64,000 nt of DNA from Octopus sinensis (Eukaryota): the NCBI RefSeq assembly GCF_006345805.1, contig NC_042998.1, positions 83,390,001 through 83,454,000 of the forward strand, in the 5' to 3' direction. Positions 1-12,112 of this stretch are shown piece by piece. The notes beneath the pieces were generated by a model. The model worked only from the letters and a program-made list of their open reading frames with translations, was not told the DNA's origin and searched no databases. Within the stretch, counting starts at the first letter, position 1. Each line of letters begins with the position of its first letter. Position numbers and translations under genes: made by a program.

Positions 1-495
1 GCTGATTCTTTCAGCCAGCCTGTCAGAGTTAGGTATTCCTACACTCACATCATCCATGATGTTGCTGTTCCTAATGTTTTGCATACAGCCGAACACACCC
101 ATTCATATCTAAAAACTGGTGTTATTACAGATAAACCTGGTTTCTCTGTCACTAGTATGGGAATATGGGAATGTATAGATGGTTCAGTTACTTAGATTTT
201 TCTGAACAACAAAGAAATTATGCTACCTTCTCCTTGGTCAGTAATTACAACCCATTTCACCTGTCCTGTAATATGGAGCACAACTAAATTACAAAGTTGC
301 CGAATTTTTAATGAAAGGAAATACATGATGGAAAATACTGACTGTGAAAGAATTTATTAATATTTAACAATTACCAACCTAACCAAACAGCTCAGTGACC
401 CACTTGTAGCCCTTTTTCAGTTTAGCTAAAGTACTTTCCCTTGCACAACCCTTCAGCAAAATGACAACATAGAAGTACATAAGCTAAAATAACCT

Positions 496-619
496 TTATT
501 TCTTCTTTCTCCGAAACATTTTATCTTTTCTAGATTTTGGGTCTGAATCACTTCGAGGGACATGTTTTTTCTTCTGTTTTGCCTTCAGTCTTTGTTGTAA
601 ATCATTGGCTTTTTTGATC
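496..619 (-). CDS. NOL12: NOL12 terminal exon (IKKANDLQQRLKAKQKKKHVPRSDSDPKSRKDKMFRRKKK*)
   Basis: TTTCAG acceptor, phase-2 compatible, basic C-terminus, TAA at 498-496; minus-strand AATAAA at 353-358. Confidence 0.85.
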
Positions 620-3600
620 CTGAAATATCAAAAGATTAAATCGAAATAAGAGATGTGATGACATCCATTCGTTTAACTTGTTGAATTGTCATTCAAACAC
701 TGCTCTGCTCAACTTATCTCATTGAACATCCAGTGGTCTCATTAGTACGTTTGCATTTTGTTTCACAAGTTCATATTGTGCATCGAACAGGGGTTAATAA
801 ATAAATTAAGCAGAACAGAAAAAAAAGAGCCACTTTCATATATTCACACCTACATACCCAGACACACTTATATAAAGAGAGAGATGCTTTGTTACTATGC
901 AGTCTCAGTTTCTGCCTTAGGCAAATGTCTTCTGCTGTAGCCTCAGGCAGACAAATGTCTTATGAGTAGAATTAGTAGTCTGAAGCTGTACAGAAGCCTA
1001 GCAATCATCATTATCACCATCACTGTTTTAACATTTATTTTTCCAAGCCTTCATGGCTCAAATGAAAGCACATTGGCAAAGCAGAGTTTTATAAGGTCAG
1101 ACATCCCTCTTGTCTTCAATTGTTACCTGTTTCCAAGCAAAGTAATAATCTCCCAGTGTATCAAACAACAAATAGCCTGCACATGTTTATGAAAAGAACT
1201 GGAAATAAATAACACCAAATGAATGAGCCATTTGTTTACAAAGATCATACAAGATGTCAAGAAGCCCAGACATGTTTTCATGTATGCACACGTGTGTGTG
1301 TGTTTGTGCACATGCATATGTCATCATCATCATCGTTTAACGTCCGTTTTCCGTGCTAGCACGGGTTGGACGGTTCGACCGGGGTCTGGGAAGCCAGGGG
1401 CTGCACCAGGCTCCAGTCTGATCTGGCAGAGTTTCTACAGCTGGATGCCCTTCCTAATGCCAACCACTCCGCGAGTGTAGTGGGTGCTTTTTACGTGCCA
1501 GGTGCCAGGGGGGTCCTGCATTGGCCACGATCGGTTGGAGCTTTTAATGTGCCACCGGCACGGAAGCCAGCCAAGGCGGTGCTGGCAACGGCCACGTTCG
1601 GATGGTGCCTTTTATGTGCCACCGGCACAGAAACCAGTCGGGGTGGCGCTGGCATCGGCCACGTTCGGATGGTGCTTTTTATGTGCTACCGGCACATTCT
1701 ACATCCTTGCATGAAAAACATGAAACAAAAAACAGTGACTTTTCTTGATATTCCCTGCTTACAAATCATCCTGTAGCTCTGCACTTTCAAAGACAAAGAG
1801 AATAAAAATCTATTTACTCATTAAAACAAGTCACATTCAGCAACACAAAGGGTATCTAGTTATAAAACAAATACCTCATATTTATCTAACAAATATACAG
1901 GTAAAATAAATGAATGTGTGTGTGTGCACACATGTGTATACTAACCGATTGCGAAGTTTTTCTTCAAAAATCTTCTTATTTTTCACTTTTCCATCGGTAT
2001 TTTCCTCTGATGGGTCTGTTAGCATTTCTGCTGGTTCCTTTTCTTCTCTAAGAGCCTACAGAAAAATGAAGAAATACCAAAATAACAACTCCATCAAACT
2101 TATTCCACAAATATGCATGTTGTATGATATACAACTTTACGAATTAACCAATCATCAGATGAATAATAAGAGGAAATTAGAGAATACAGAATATTAAGTT
2201 CATACACAAGAGACTTGCACAACCTTTTCATCATTTAACCATTATGTAACTGTATTACATGCCACCGGCATGTAAATAGCACCGTTCGAGCGTGATCGTT
2301 GCCAGTGCCACATGACTGGCTCCCAAGCTGGTGACACGTAAAAAGCATCATTCGAGCATGGCCAGTGCCAGCTGACTGGTCCCATGCCGGTGGCACGTAA
2401 AAAGCATCATTCAAGCGTGGTCATTGCCAGTGCCAGTTGACTGGTCCCATGCTAGTGGCATGTAGAAAGCATCATTCGAGCGTGGTTATTACTAGTGCCA
2501 CCTGACTGGCTCTCATGCCAGTGGCACATAAAAAGCACCATTCGAGCATGGTCTTTGCCAGTACTGCTTGACTGGCCCTCATGCCGGTGGCATGTTAAAA
2601 GCACCCACTACACTCTCGGACTGGTTGGCATTAGGAAGGGCATCCAGCTGTAGAAACATTGCCAGATCAGATTGGAGCCTGGTGCAACCTTCTGTCTTGC
2701 CAGCCCTCGGTCAAACCATCGAACCCATGCCAGCATGGAAAGCGGATGTTAAACGACGATGATGATGATGGCTTCCATGGAAAAATACATTCTGCCTTTG
2801 TGTTTTTCTAATTTCCGAAACAACCAGGAATTGAGTCTCCCACAGAAAAAAATTTAAATGGCATGAATACCTGAATGCCCTGTACTGCTCTAAATATCTT
2901 ATGACAAATGACTAACAAAGAGTTATATCAGGGCATATATCACAGACAATATGAAAGCATGGGCTGAGGCCAGTGCCCCCTGACTGGCTTCTGTGCTGGT
3001 GACATGTAAATAGCATCATCCAAACATGGTCAACGCCAGTGCCCCCTGATGGTTCCTGTGCCAGTGGCCTGTAAAAAGCACCTACTACACTCTCAGAGTG
3101 GTTGGTGTTAGGAAGGGGCATCCAGCTGTAGAAACCTTGCCAGACCAGATTGGAACCTGATGCAGCCTCCTGGCTTCCCAGACCCCAGTTGAACCGTCTA
3201 ACCCATACCAGCATGGAAAACAGACATTAAACGATGATGATGATGATAAAAGGTTTAATGAAATAATTAACATAAATACAGGTATGGCTATGTGGTTAAG
3301 AGGTTTGCTTTGAAACCATATGGTTTTGGGTTCACTTGCACTGCATGACACCTTTGGCAAGTGTCTTCTATTATAACTCCAGGACAGCTAATGCGAGTGA
3401 GTTTGGTAGGTAGAAACTGGAAGCTTGTTAGATATGTATGTATGTGTGTGCCTTTGCATTTTTTTTCCCCTGCCTCCACCACTACTTGTCAACTGGTGTT
3501 GGTTCGTTTACGTCCCTATAAGTTAACAGTTCGGCAGAAGCGACTTAGAGCAGTACCAAACTTAAAAAATAAAACCGATTATAGCAGCGACTCCATTTAA

Positions 3601-4970
3601 GAATATCGAAAGAAGGAATATTATTCTGAAATATCATATCAAACTATGGATGGTTAAATTACAACAGGTATATAGCCCATTGTCTATATTATAGTGCATT
3701 GTTGTACCATTCAAAACTTTTTATTCTTTACAAACAATACACAATGCTTCAAGCGAACTACAATACTCTCCCATTAATAAATAATAATTGGGGGGGGGGT
3801 CGATTTATAGGATAAAGTCTTCAAGGCAAGCTCCTGGCATGGCATCTCATGCTGCATAGGTCAAAGAAAGGGGCTAGACCCCTACCTAGAAGAATAAAAG
3901 CAAAGTTACAGAAGCATTGATGACAATTCAAAACCAATATGACTTGGGGGAAGAAGGCCTTCAAATAGCAGCCAAATCTCCCCCGAATCATACCCTAACC
4001 TTAGAAAAGAAGAACTTAATCGGTGATGTGGTACTGCTATATACAAAAAACAAAAAGAGACAAGACGGTCATGGTTGGAAAGCTTTTGCTCATAAAACAC
4101 GATGGCTATGGTTGAAATGTCACAGATCATAGGTCCATTTGATTACAGCTAATCTGGAGGTAAACAACAACAACCAATGACCGTGTTTAGCACTGACTGA
4201 CCTTGTTTATTCCCAGTCGTAATCCATCTTGACCAGAAAGGTCAACTTCTGAGATGTCTGTTACTGTCACAGTGTGATCGTCCAAATCATAAACTTTGGG
4301 ATCAAGAAGATGTTTGATTTCTTCAGGAATTGCAGATTCTCGTGCCATTGTCTTGAACAGTTCTCGTTTCTAAAAGAAGAGAGAAAGAAAACAAAATACA
4401 AGATGTTTAGGATTTTTATCTTTAGTAGAAAATATCATCATCAATATTTAGTGTTGGTTTCTATGTTTACTTGTTGCAGTCATTAGACTACGGCCATGCT
4501 GGGGCATCACCTTGAAGAGATTTTAGTCAAATGAATTGATCCCAGTACTTTTTATTTACTTTTTTTAAGCCTGGTACTATTCTATTGGTCTCTTTTGCTG
4601 AACTGCAAAGTTACAGGGATGCAGAACACACACACACACATATATACACAAGTTTTTTTTTCAGTTTCCATCTACCAAATCCACTCCCAAAGGTGCCATG
4701 CAGTGGGACTGAACTCAGAACCATGTGGTTGGGAAGCAACTAACTTCTTGCCCCACAGCCACACCCATGCCTTCATATTCACCATACTATTATTTTCTTC
4801 CCACTTTTTATTTAATCTTTCTATTTCAGATTCCCCACAATCCCCCATCCCTACCAAGAAAAAAACAACTTATAAGTGCAGGCATGGCTGTGTGGTAAGA
4901 AGCTTGTTTCCCAACCATATGGTTCCAGGTTCAGTCCCACTGCATGGCACCTTGGGCATGTGTCTTCTAC

Positions 4971-5009
<39 letters not shown>

Positions 5010-8000
5010 ATGTGTCTGTTCCCCCACCATTGCTTGACAACCGATGTTGGTGTGTTTACATCCCCGTAACTTAGTGGTTCCGCAAAAAAGACCGGTAGAA
5101 TAAGTACTAGGCTTACAGCGAATAAGTCTTGGTGGGGGAGGGGGGCATTTGTTCAACTAAATGTGGTGCTCCAGAATGGCCACAGTCAAATGACTGAAGC
5201 CAGTAAAAGCAAAAGAACACACAACAACCCACACCAAAGAAACTCACCTCTTTCCTTATTTCTCTTCTTTCTTTTTTCAGTTTTTCTTCCATCATTTTTT
5301 TGGCTTTATGTTGTCGTTCCTTCTTTCGTTTCCTGAAACCTGTCAGGAAATTCCTGTAGAGGAAAAGAGTGAAAAAAATTAGATTAGCTACAAAAGAAAT
5401 GAAAAATTAATGAAATTAATCAAGGAAAAAATACATATATATCTGGCACAGCTGTGTGGTAAGAAGTTTGTTTCCCAACCACATGGTTCCAGGTTCAGTC
5501 CCACTGCGTGGCACCTTGGGCAAGTGTCTTCCACTATAACCTCAGGTTGACCAAAGCCTTGTGAGTGGATTTGGTAGACGGAAACAGAAAGAAGCTCATC
5601 GTACATGCAGTGGCTGTGTGGTAAGTAGCTTGCTTACCAACCACATGGCCCCCAGGTTCAGTCCCACTGCGTGGCACCTTGGGCAAGTGTCTTCTACTAT
5701 AGCTTCAGGCCAACCAAAGCCTTGTGAGTGGATTTGGTAGACAGAAACTGGAAGAAGCCTGTCATATATCATCATCATCATCATCATCATCATTTAGCGT
5801 CCGTTTTCCATGCTAGCATGGGTTGGACGGTTCAACTGGGGTCTGGGGAGCCCGAAGGCTGCACCAGGCCAGTCAGATCTGGCAGTGTTTCTACAGCTGG
5901 ATGCCCTTCCTAACGCCAACCACTCCGAGAGTGTAGTGGGTGATTTTATGTGCCACCGACACAGGTGCCAGACGAGGCTGGCGAACGGCCACGCTCGGAT
6001 GGTGTTTTTATGTGCCACCGACACAGGTGCCAGACGAGGCTGGCAGACGGTCACGCTCGGATGGTGTTTTTATGTGCCACCGACACAGGTGCCAGATGAG
6101 GCTGGTGGACAGCCACGATCGGATGGTGTTTGTTACGTCCCCAAAGCACGGAGGCCAGTCTATGCGGTACTGGCTACGGCCACGTTCGGATGATTTTCTT
6201 GTGTGTCACCGGCACTGGTACCAAAGATACAAATTCCATTGATGTTCATCTATTTTGATTTGTTTTGATTGATTTTCACTTGCCTCAACAGGTCTTCACA
6301 AGTGTCACAAGAAGGAGGTATGCACAGGTACACGGTGGACTGACTACGTCCCAGGTAGGGGCCACGGGTTATGGCCTGACTGACTAGTCTTGCCGGGTCT
6401 TCGGATGGTGTTTTTATGTGCCACCGACACAGGTGCCAGATGAGGCTGGCGAACGGCCACGATCGGATGACGTTTGTTACGTGCCCACAGCACGGAGGCC
6501 AGTCGATGCGGTACTGGCTACGGCCACGTTCGGATGGTTTTCTTGTGTGCCACCGGCACTGGTACCACAAAGATACAAATTCCATTGATGTTCATCTATT
6601 TTGATTTGATTTGATTTGATTTTCACTTGCCTCAACAGGTCTTCACAAGTGTCACAGGAAGGAAGGAAGGTATGCACAGGTGGACTGACTACGTCCCAAG
6701 TAGGGGCCACGGGTTATGGCCTGACTAGTATTGTCCGGGGTCTTCGGTTGGTGTTTTTATGTGCCACCGACACAGGTGCCAGATGAGGCTGGCGAACGGC
6801 CACGATCGGATGGTGTTTGTTATGTGCCCACGTCACAGAGGCCAGTCGATGCGGTACTGGCTACGGCCACGTTCGGATGGTTTTCTTGTGTGCCAACGGT
6901 ACTGGTACCACAAAGATACAAATTCCATTGATGTTCATCTATTTTGATTTGATTTGATTTGATTTTGATTTTCACTTGCCTCAACAGGTCTACACAAGTG
7001 TCACACACTTGCCTCAACAGGTCTTCACAAGTGTCATAAGTAGGTGTCACACACTTGCCTCAACAGGTCTTCACAAGTGTCATAAGTAGGAAGGTATGCA
7101 CAGGTGGACTGACTACGTCGCCGGGTCTTCGGATGGTGTTCTTATGTGCCACCGACACAGGTGCCAGATGAGGCTGGCGAACGGCCACGATCAGATGGTG
7201 TTTGTTGTGCCCACAGCACGGAGGCCAGTCGATGCGGTACTGGCTACGGCCACGTTCGGATGGTTTTCTTGTGTGCCACCGTACTGGAACCACAAAGATA
7301 CAAATTCCATTGATGTTCATCTATTTTGATTTGGTTTGATTTTCACTTGCCTCAACAGGTCTTCACAAGTGTCACACACTTGCCTCAACAGGTCTCCACA
7401 AGTGTCACACACTTGCCTCTGCCTCAACAGGTCTTCACAAGTGTCACACACTTGCCTACAGGTCTTCACAAGTGTCATAAGAGGGAAGGTATGCACAGGT
7501 GGACTGACTACGTCGCCGGGTCTTCGGATGGTGTCTTTATGTGCCACCGACACAGGTGCCAGATGAGGCTGGCGAACGGCCACGATCGGATGGTGTTTGT
7601 TGTGCCCACAGCACGGAGGCCAGTCGATGCGGTACTGGCTACGGCCACGTTTGGGTGGTTTTCTTGTGTGCCACCGGCACTGGTACCACAAAGAATACAA
7701 TTCCACTGATGTTCATCTATTTTGATTTGTTTTGATTTGATTTTCACTTGCCTCAACAGGTCTTCATAAGTGTCACAAGAAGGAAGGTATGCACAGGAGG
7801 ACTGACTATGTCCCAGGTAGGGGCCACGGGTTATGGCCTGACTAGTCTTGCCGGGTCTTATATATATGTATGTATATGTTTGTCCCCCAACATCACTTGA
7901 CAACCGATGCTGGAGTGTTTACATCCCCACAACTTAGCGGTTTAGTAAAAGAGACCAATAGAATAAGTACTAGGCTTACAAAGAATAAGCTCTGGGGTCG

Positions 8001-11000
8001 ATTTACTCCAATAAAGGCGGTGCTCCAGCATGGCTGTAGTCTGCAGATTGAAACAAGCAAAAGTTGAAAGAATTAAATGATTACAATTTCTTTTCTTTTA
8101 TTCTTTTATTTGTTTCAGTCATTAGACTGTGGCCATGCTGGAGCACCGCCTTTAGTCAAGCAAATCAACCCCAGGACTTATTCTATCGGTCTCTCTTACC
8201 GAACCGTTAAGTGACGGGGACATAAACACACCAGCATTGGTTGTCAAGCGTTGTTGGGGGGACAAACACAGACACACAAACATACATATATATATATATC
8301 GACAGGCTTCTTTCAGTTTTCATCTACCAAATCCACTCACAAGGCTTTGGTCGGCCCGAGGCCATCTGCTTTCCATGCTGGCATGGGTCGGACAGTTTGA
8401 CTGAGAGCTGGCAAGCCAGAAGGCTGCACCAGACTCCAATCTGATCTAGCTGAGTTTCTACAGCTGGATGTCCTTCCTAATGCCAACCACTCCAAGAGTG
8501 TAGCGGGTGCCTTTTACATGCCACCTGCACGAGGGCCAGTCAGGCAGTACTGACATCAACCACGCTTGAATGGGGCATTTTACTTGCCACTGGCACAGCA
8601 GCCAGTCTGGCAACACTGTTGTTAACTGAAATAAAACAAACAATTCTTGCAGAAATCATTTATCATCATCACATCATTTAATGTCTACTTTCCATGCTGG
8701 CATGGGCTGGACAGTTTGACTGAGGACTGGCAAGCCAGGAGACTGCACGAGGCTCCTCTTCCTCCTCATCATCATCATCCAGTGTTTTAAATCCGGGTTT
8801 TGTTCCCACTTAGCAAAGGTGGCCGGATCTATCTCAATGCCATGGCAACCGATGCAGGCAGGTGCAGCCCACCTCAACCTTGCTATCATGAGGCTTATTT
8901 GGAGCTGGAGCTTCTATGAGGAGCATACCGTTGCTTACCCCAAACCTCAGTTTCTAGATATGAGTGGTCCCGAGACCAAGGCCTCAACCATGATTTTTTA
9001 GAAATGTGGTGGAAAACTAGCTCAGGAAGGCAGGGACTCTACTCCCCGAGACCCCTCTCAGAGCACCCACTGCCTATATTATATTATCATTGTTAAACAA
9101 ATTTGATATGGCAAAAACAGTAGAGAGTTGAACTACATGATTTTATGATTGGGGGTTTAAATCCTACTAAGGTTGTTTTCGTCTTTCGGTCCTCCATGGG
9201 ATAAGGTAACAGTATCATTAAGAGGCACAGATGCAGCTGTGGGGTTAAGATGCTTGCTTTCCAACTATGTCGTTTCAGGTTCAGTCCCACTGCTTGGCAC
9301 TTTGGGCAAGTGTCTTCTATTATAGTCCTAAGCCAACCAAAGCCTTGTGAATGGATTTGGTAGATGGAAACTGAAAGAAATTTGTCATATGTCTATGTGT
9401 GTGTATGTGGATGTGCATGGCTTAGTGGTTAGGGTGTTGGACTCATGATCACAAGATTGTGGTTTCAATTCCTGGACCCGGTGATGTGTTGTATTCTTGT
9501 GCATAACACTTCATTTCACATTGCCCTAGTCCACTCAGCTGGTAAAAACAAGTAATCCCATGGCATCCCATCCAGGGAGGAATATTTATGCCAAAAAACT
9601 GGGAAACCAGCCCCATTCCCCTTACAGAGTAATGTGGACTAACCATATATTTTGTTTTTATTTGTTTCAGTCATTTGACTGTGGCCATGCTGGAGCACCG
9701 CGTTTTGTTGAGCATTAAATGATTATGATAATGGTGATGCATATAATGAAGTTAAGTGATTGAATCATATTGTCAAACAAAATTCCTGCTAATACTTTTA
9801 TTCTTTTGTGATCAACGGAACTAAAGTACTTGGATTGATCTGATATTCGTATAAAGCACAGGTTCTCAAAATGGGTGCTGCTGCTCCCCCAATGAGCGTT
9901 GAGATGGTCCAGGTGGATGCTGGTGTGTAAGGGGGCAGTAGAGAAAAATGAGGCGTTGGGAGGAAGGCAGTTGATTGGGGGACGCTATGAATTTATTATA
10001 TTATTATTATAGTATTGTATACAAATTACATAATATTACATTAAATATCAAATGATTCATAGTATATATAAATTAATAAAATATAAAATGTTTATTTATA
10101 CATAAAAATAGGGGTGGAGCGTTGAGGGTATTATGTGCCTGTGAGGGGGACGGTGACCCCAAGTTTGAGAACCTCTGGTATAAAGCTTTGTAGACGTGAA
10201 TGGAATTATAACAGGAGAAAATCTCCCTTACATAATGGGACCATTGTTAAAGCTAAAAATTATCATCCTTACATTATTATTAGTCAGTTGTTATACTTAA
10301 CAATTATGACACAAGAATATCTCCATTCCATGAGAATGAAGGACGAAATAGACCCCGATGCCAAAATATGATTGTTGTGTAACCTCAAATCAGCAATGAT
10401 TTGTGATCAAATGTGTTCCTGTCATGACCATCCCGTCTTTCATTCAGATAGTGATTTTTGGCCCGGAATAGCCGAAGTGGCCTTCATTATTTTAAGGTGT
10501 GATTTGAAAGCAATTTGAATGCTTTTAAGTAGAGTGACTGTGTATAAAATTACTCATTGCTATAGGTTGTAGACGATTCCTCGTTAACGTAGTTTTTATG
10601 AAATTACCTGTAAACAGGTGTTGCTTAGTCCCAATTCACCTCTTCTCAAGTAGATCCATGATCAAGGAAGCTACAGTCGTGACCATCCAGTTTTTTTATT
10701 CAGACACTGTGTATGGAGAAAGATATTACCCAATACATCCTACCTTTTTAAGATACGTAAGGTATGATTTGAGGAAGATTTGGCTCAGAAGTGTTAGAAT
10801 GACGGGTAAATGTCATGCGGTATTTGTTCAGGGTCTTTCTGTTCTGAATTACCTTTAATCTTTCTGAGGTCGATAAAAATAAAGTACCAGTCAAATTCTG
10901 GTGTCAATGATAAGGGATAATGCCCTCCCTTCAAAATTGCGGACCTTTTGCCTAAATTACAAACAATTCTAGCAGTTCGTAACGCTACATTTACAGACAT

Positions 11001-11300
11001 CATGCAAAGAGGTTGACTCAAAAACAGTGAAAAACGAGAATATGTGCCGTTGGAATTCCTTTAAAAAGTATTCGTGACGTTAATAATCCGAGGAAACAGA
11101 ATAACTTGGATTAGGAAACGAGTTATTTACTATCAAACCACGTGGAAGAAATATACAAGAGTTATATGAACATTAAACTGTTAATAATAGCTAAAGGTAA
11201 ATTATAAAGGCTGTTATAAATACCTTCTGTTATTTTCGTCAAATGCAATGAAAACTTTGGTTTTACGATTTGTATTTGGGGCTTTATTTCGAGGAGCCAT
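496..11300 (-). CDS. NOL12: Nucleolar protein 12 (NOL12/Nop25/Rrp17 family), 5 coding exons: 11224-11300, 5248-5353, 4202-4369, 1946-2055, 496-619; 194 aa
   Basis: Manual splice reconstruction: all introns GT-AG, phases consistent, 585 nt in total. Protein MAPRNKAPNTNRKTKVFIAFDENNRRNFLTGFRKRKKERQHKAKKMMEEKLKKERREIRKE...YDLDDHTVTVTDISEVDLSG...RRKKK matches the NOL12 hallmark motifs FDExxRxxxLTGFxKRKxER and HTVTVT. Confidence 0.93.
1321..1695 (-). mobile_element. 3' end of the same RTE-LINE family, (GAT)n tail
   Basis: CATCATCATCGTTTAACGTCCGTTTTCC...CTACAGCTGGATGCCCTTCCTAA matches the reverse complement of the 36.9-37.07 kb end. Confidence 0.8.
1946..2055 (-). CDS. NOL12: NOL12 exon 4 (ALREEKEPAEMLTDPSEENTDGKVKNKKIFEEKLRNR)
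   Basis: CTGTAG acceptor, CG|GTTAGT donor, open in the expected phase. Confidence 0.85.
2255..2770 (+). mobile_element. RTE-LINE 3' UTR copy with ~5 tandem ~60-nt units and (GAT)n tail
   Basis: Repeated TTGCCAGTGCC..TGACTGG..ATGCCGGTGGCACGTAAAAAGCA units, then GCGGATGTTAAACGACGATGATGATG. Further copies at ~2965-3247, 15190-15607, 16230-16470, 25330-25650, 38930-39280, 44370-44755. Confidence 0.8.
4202..4369 (-). CDS. NOL12: NOL12 exon 3 (KRELFKTMARESAIPEEIKHLLDPKVYDLDDHTVTVTDISEVDLSGQDGLRLGINK)
   Basis: TTTTAG acceptor, AAG|GTCAGT donor, 168 nt, phase 0/0. Confidence 0.93.
5248..5353 (-). CDS. NOL12: NOL12 exon 2 (RNFLTGFRKRKKERQHKAKKMMEEKLKKERREIRKE)
   Basis: Pyrimidine tract plus CAG acceptor; GAG|GTGAGT donor. 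Confidence 0.93.
5768..7858 (-). repeat. Antisense RTE-LINE 3' end amplified into ~5 tandem 330-400 bp units, inserted in a SINE
   Basis: Unit GGTCTTCGGATGGTG...GTGCCACCGACACAGGTGCCAGATGAGGCTGG...AAATTCCATTGATGTTCATCTATTTTGATTT...CTCAACAGGTCTTCACAAGTGTC recurs at ~6060, 6400, 6745, 7130 and 7525. Confidence 0.88.
9857..10177. mobile_element. hAT (Charlie-like) MITE
   Basis: TIRs CACAGGTTCTCAAA / TTTGAGAACCTCTG; 8-bp TSD GTATAAAG at 9849-9856 and 10178-10185. Confidence 0.88.
11224..11300 (-). CDS. NOL12: NOL12 coding exon 1 (MAPRNKAPNTNRKTKVFIAFDENNR)
   Basis: ATG at 11300; donor AG|GTATTT, phase 2. Confidence 0.9.
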
Positions 11301-11674
11301 CGTTAAAATCTCCCCTCTGACTAAACACCGGTTATTAGCTCACGGTGTTCACTGAGTAGATGTGTCTGATATATTTTGGTTCCGGTAATTCGTTTAATAG
11401 ATAAATAAAAAAATTGTTATTGAAAATACCTGCGACAAGTCTGTTCATGTTTGATGTCAAATCAAGCAACACGTTCAAAATTACGAAATATTTTTGAAAA
11501 TATTTTTAATAACTGTTTTGGTTATAATTAAATTTAGTCAATTTTCGGTTCTAAAAGTGAAACTGAAAATATTACGTTTCGTTTTCCCTGTTCGCAATGA
11601 CAAACATTTGCTTGGATGTTTACGAAATAAGAATGAAGTGCGAGGACGGTAAACCAACTGTATTTTGTTAAAAG
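11301..11674. promoter_or_regulatory. Putative bidirectional promoter for NOL12 and HAP40, with a probable non-coding first exon of HAP40 ending at 11674
   Basis: Repeat-free, CpG-richer stretch directly upstream of the NOL12 ATG. ETS-like TTCCGGT at ~11380 and a plus-strand donor AAG|GTAATT at 11674/11675. The HAP40 ATG exon is preceded by acceptor-like sites (TTTTCAG 14529; TTAAG 14575). Confidence 0.5.
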
Positions 11675-11778
11675 GTAATTTAATCCACTCAAACTTGCTT
11701 AAATTCGAAAAGCACTGATTTTTCTAATCTGATGATAATACTTAAAAACATATTGTTTTGGTATTTGGTATTAAATGT

Positions 11779-12112
11779 CTTAAGACTTAAAGACTCCGCC
11801 GGTTACGACGACGAGGGTCCCAGCTGATACGATCAACGGAACAGCTTGCTCGTGAAATTAACGTGCAAATGGCTGAGCATTCCACAGACACGTGTACCCT
11901 TAACGTAGTTCTCGGGGATAATCAGCGTGACACAGAGAGTGACAAGGCTGACCCTTTGAAATACAAGTACAACTCATTTTTGCCAGCTGAGTGGACTGGA
12001 GCAACGTGAAATAAAGTGTCTTGCTCAAGGACACAACGCGTCGCCGGGAATCGAACTCACAACCTTACGATCATGAGCCGAATGCCCTAACCACTAAGCC
12101 ACGCGCCCTCAC
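11779..12112 (-). mobile_element. Young tRNA-derived SINE, family B, with 10-bp TSD
   Basis: Minus-strand head GGCGCGTGGCTTAGTGGTTAGG...GAGTTCGATTCCCGG with A/B boxes, CORE-like TGTGTCCTTGAGCAAGACACTT, intact CpGs. TSD TATTAAATGT at 11769-11778 and 12113-12122. Confidence 0.88.

Noticed and set aside
2255-2610. CRISPR-like repeat-spacer appearance of the ~60-nt units
   Set aside because: Eukaryotic context, the 'spacers' are homologous to each other, there are no cas genes, and the array is part of a LINE 3' UTR
4595-5793. ORFs with [13 protein letters not shown]...[12 protein letters not shown] (CxxC) motif
   Set aside because: Antisense translation of SINE family A, recurring at every copy
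5794-7903. Recurring MCHRHRCQMRLANGHDRM peptide ORFs
   Set aside because: Antisense or alternate-frame translations of the tandemly amplified LINE 3' UTR
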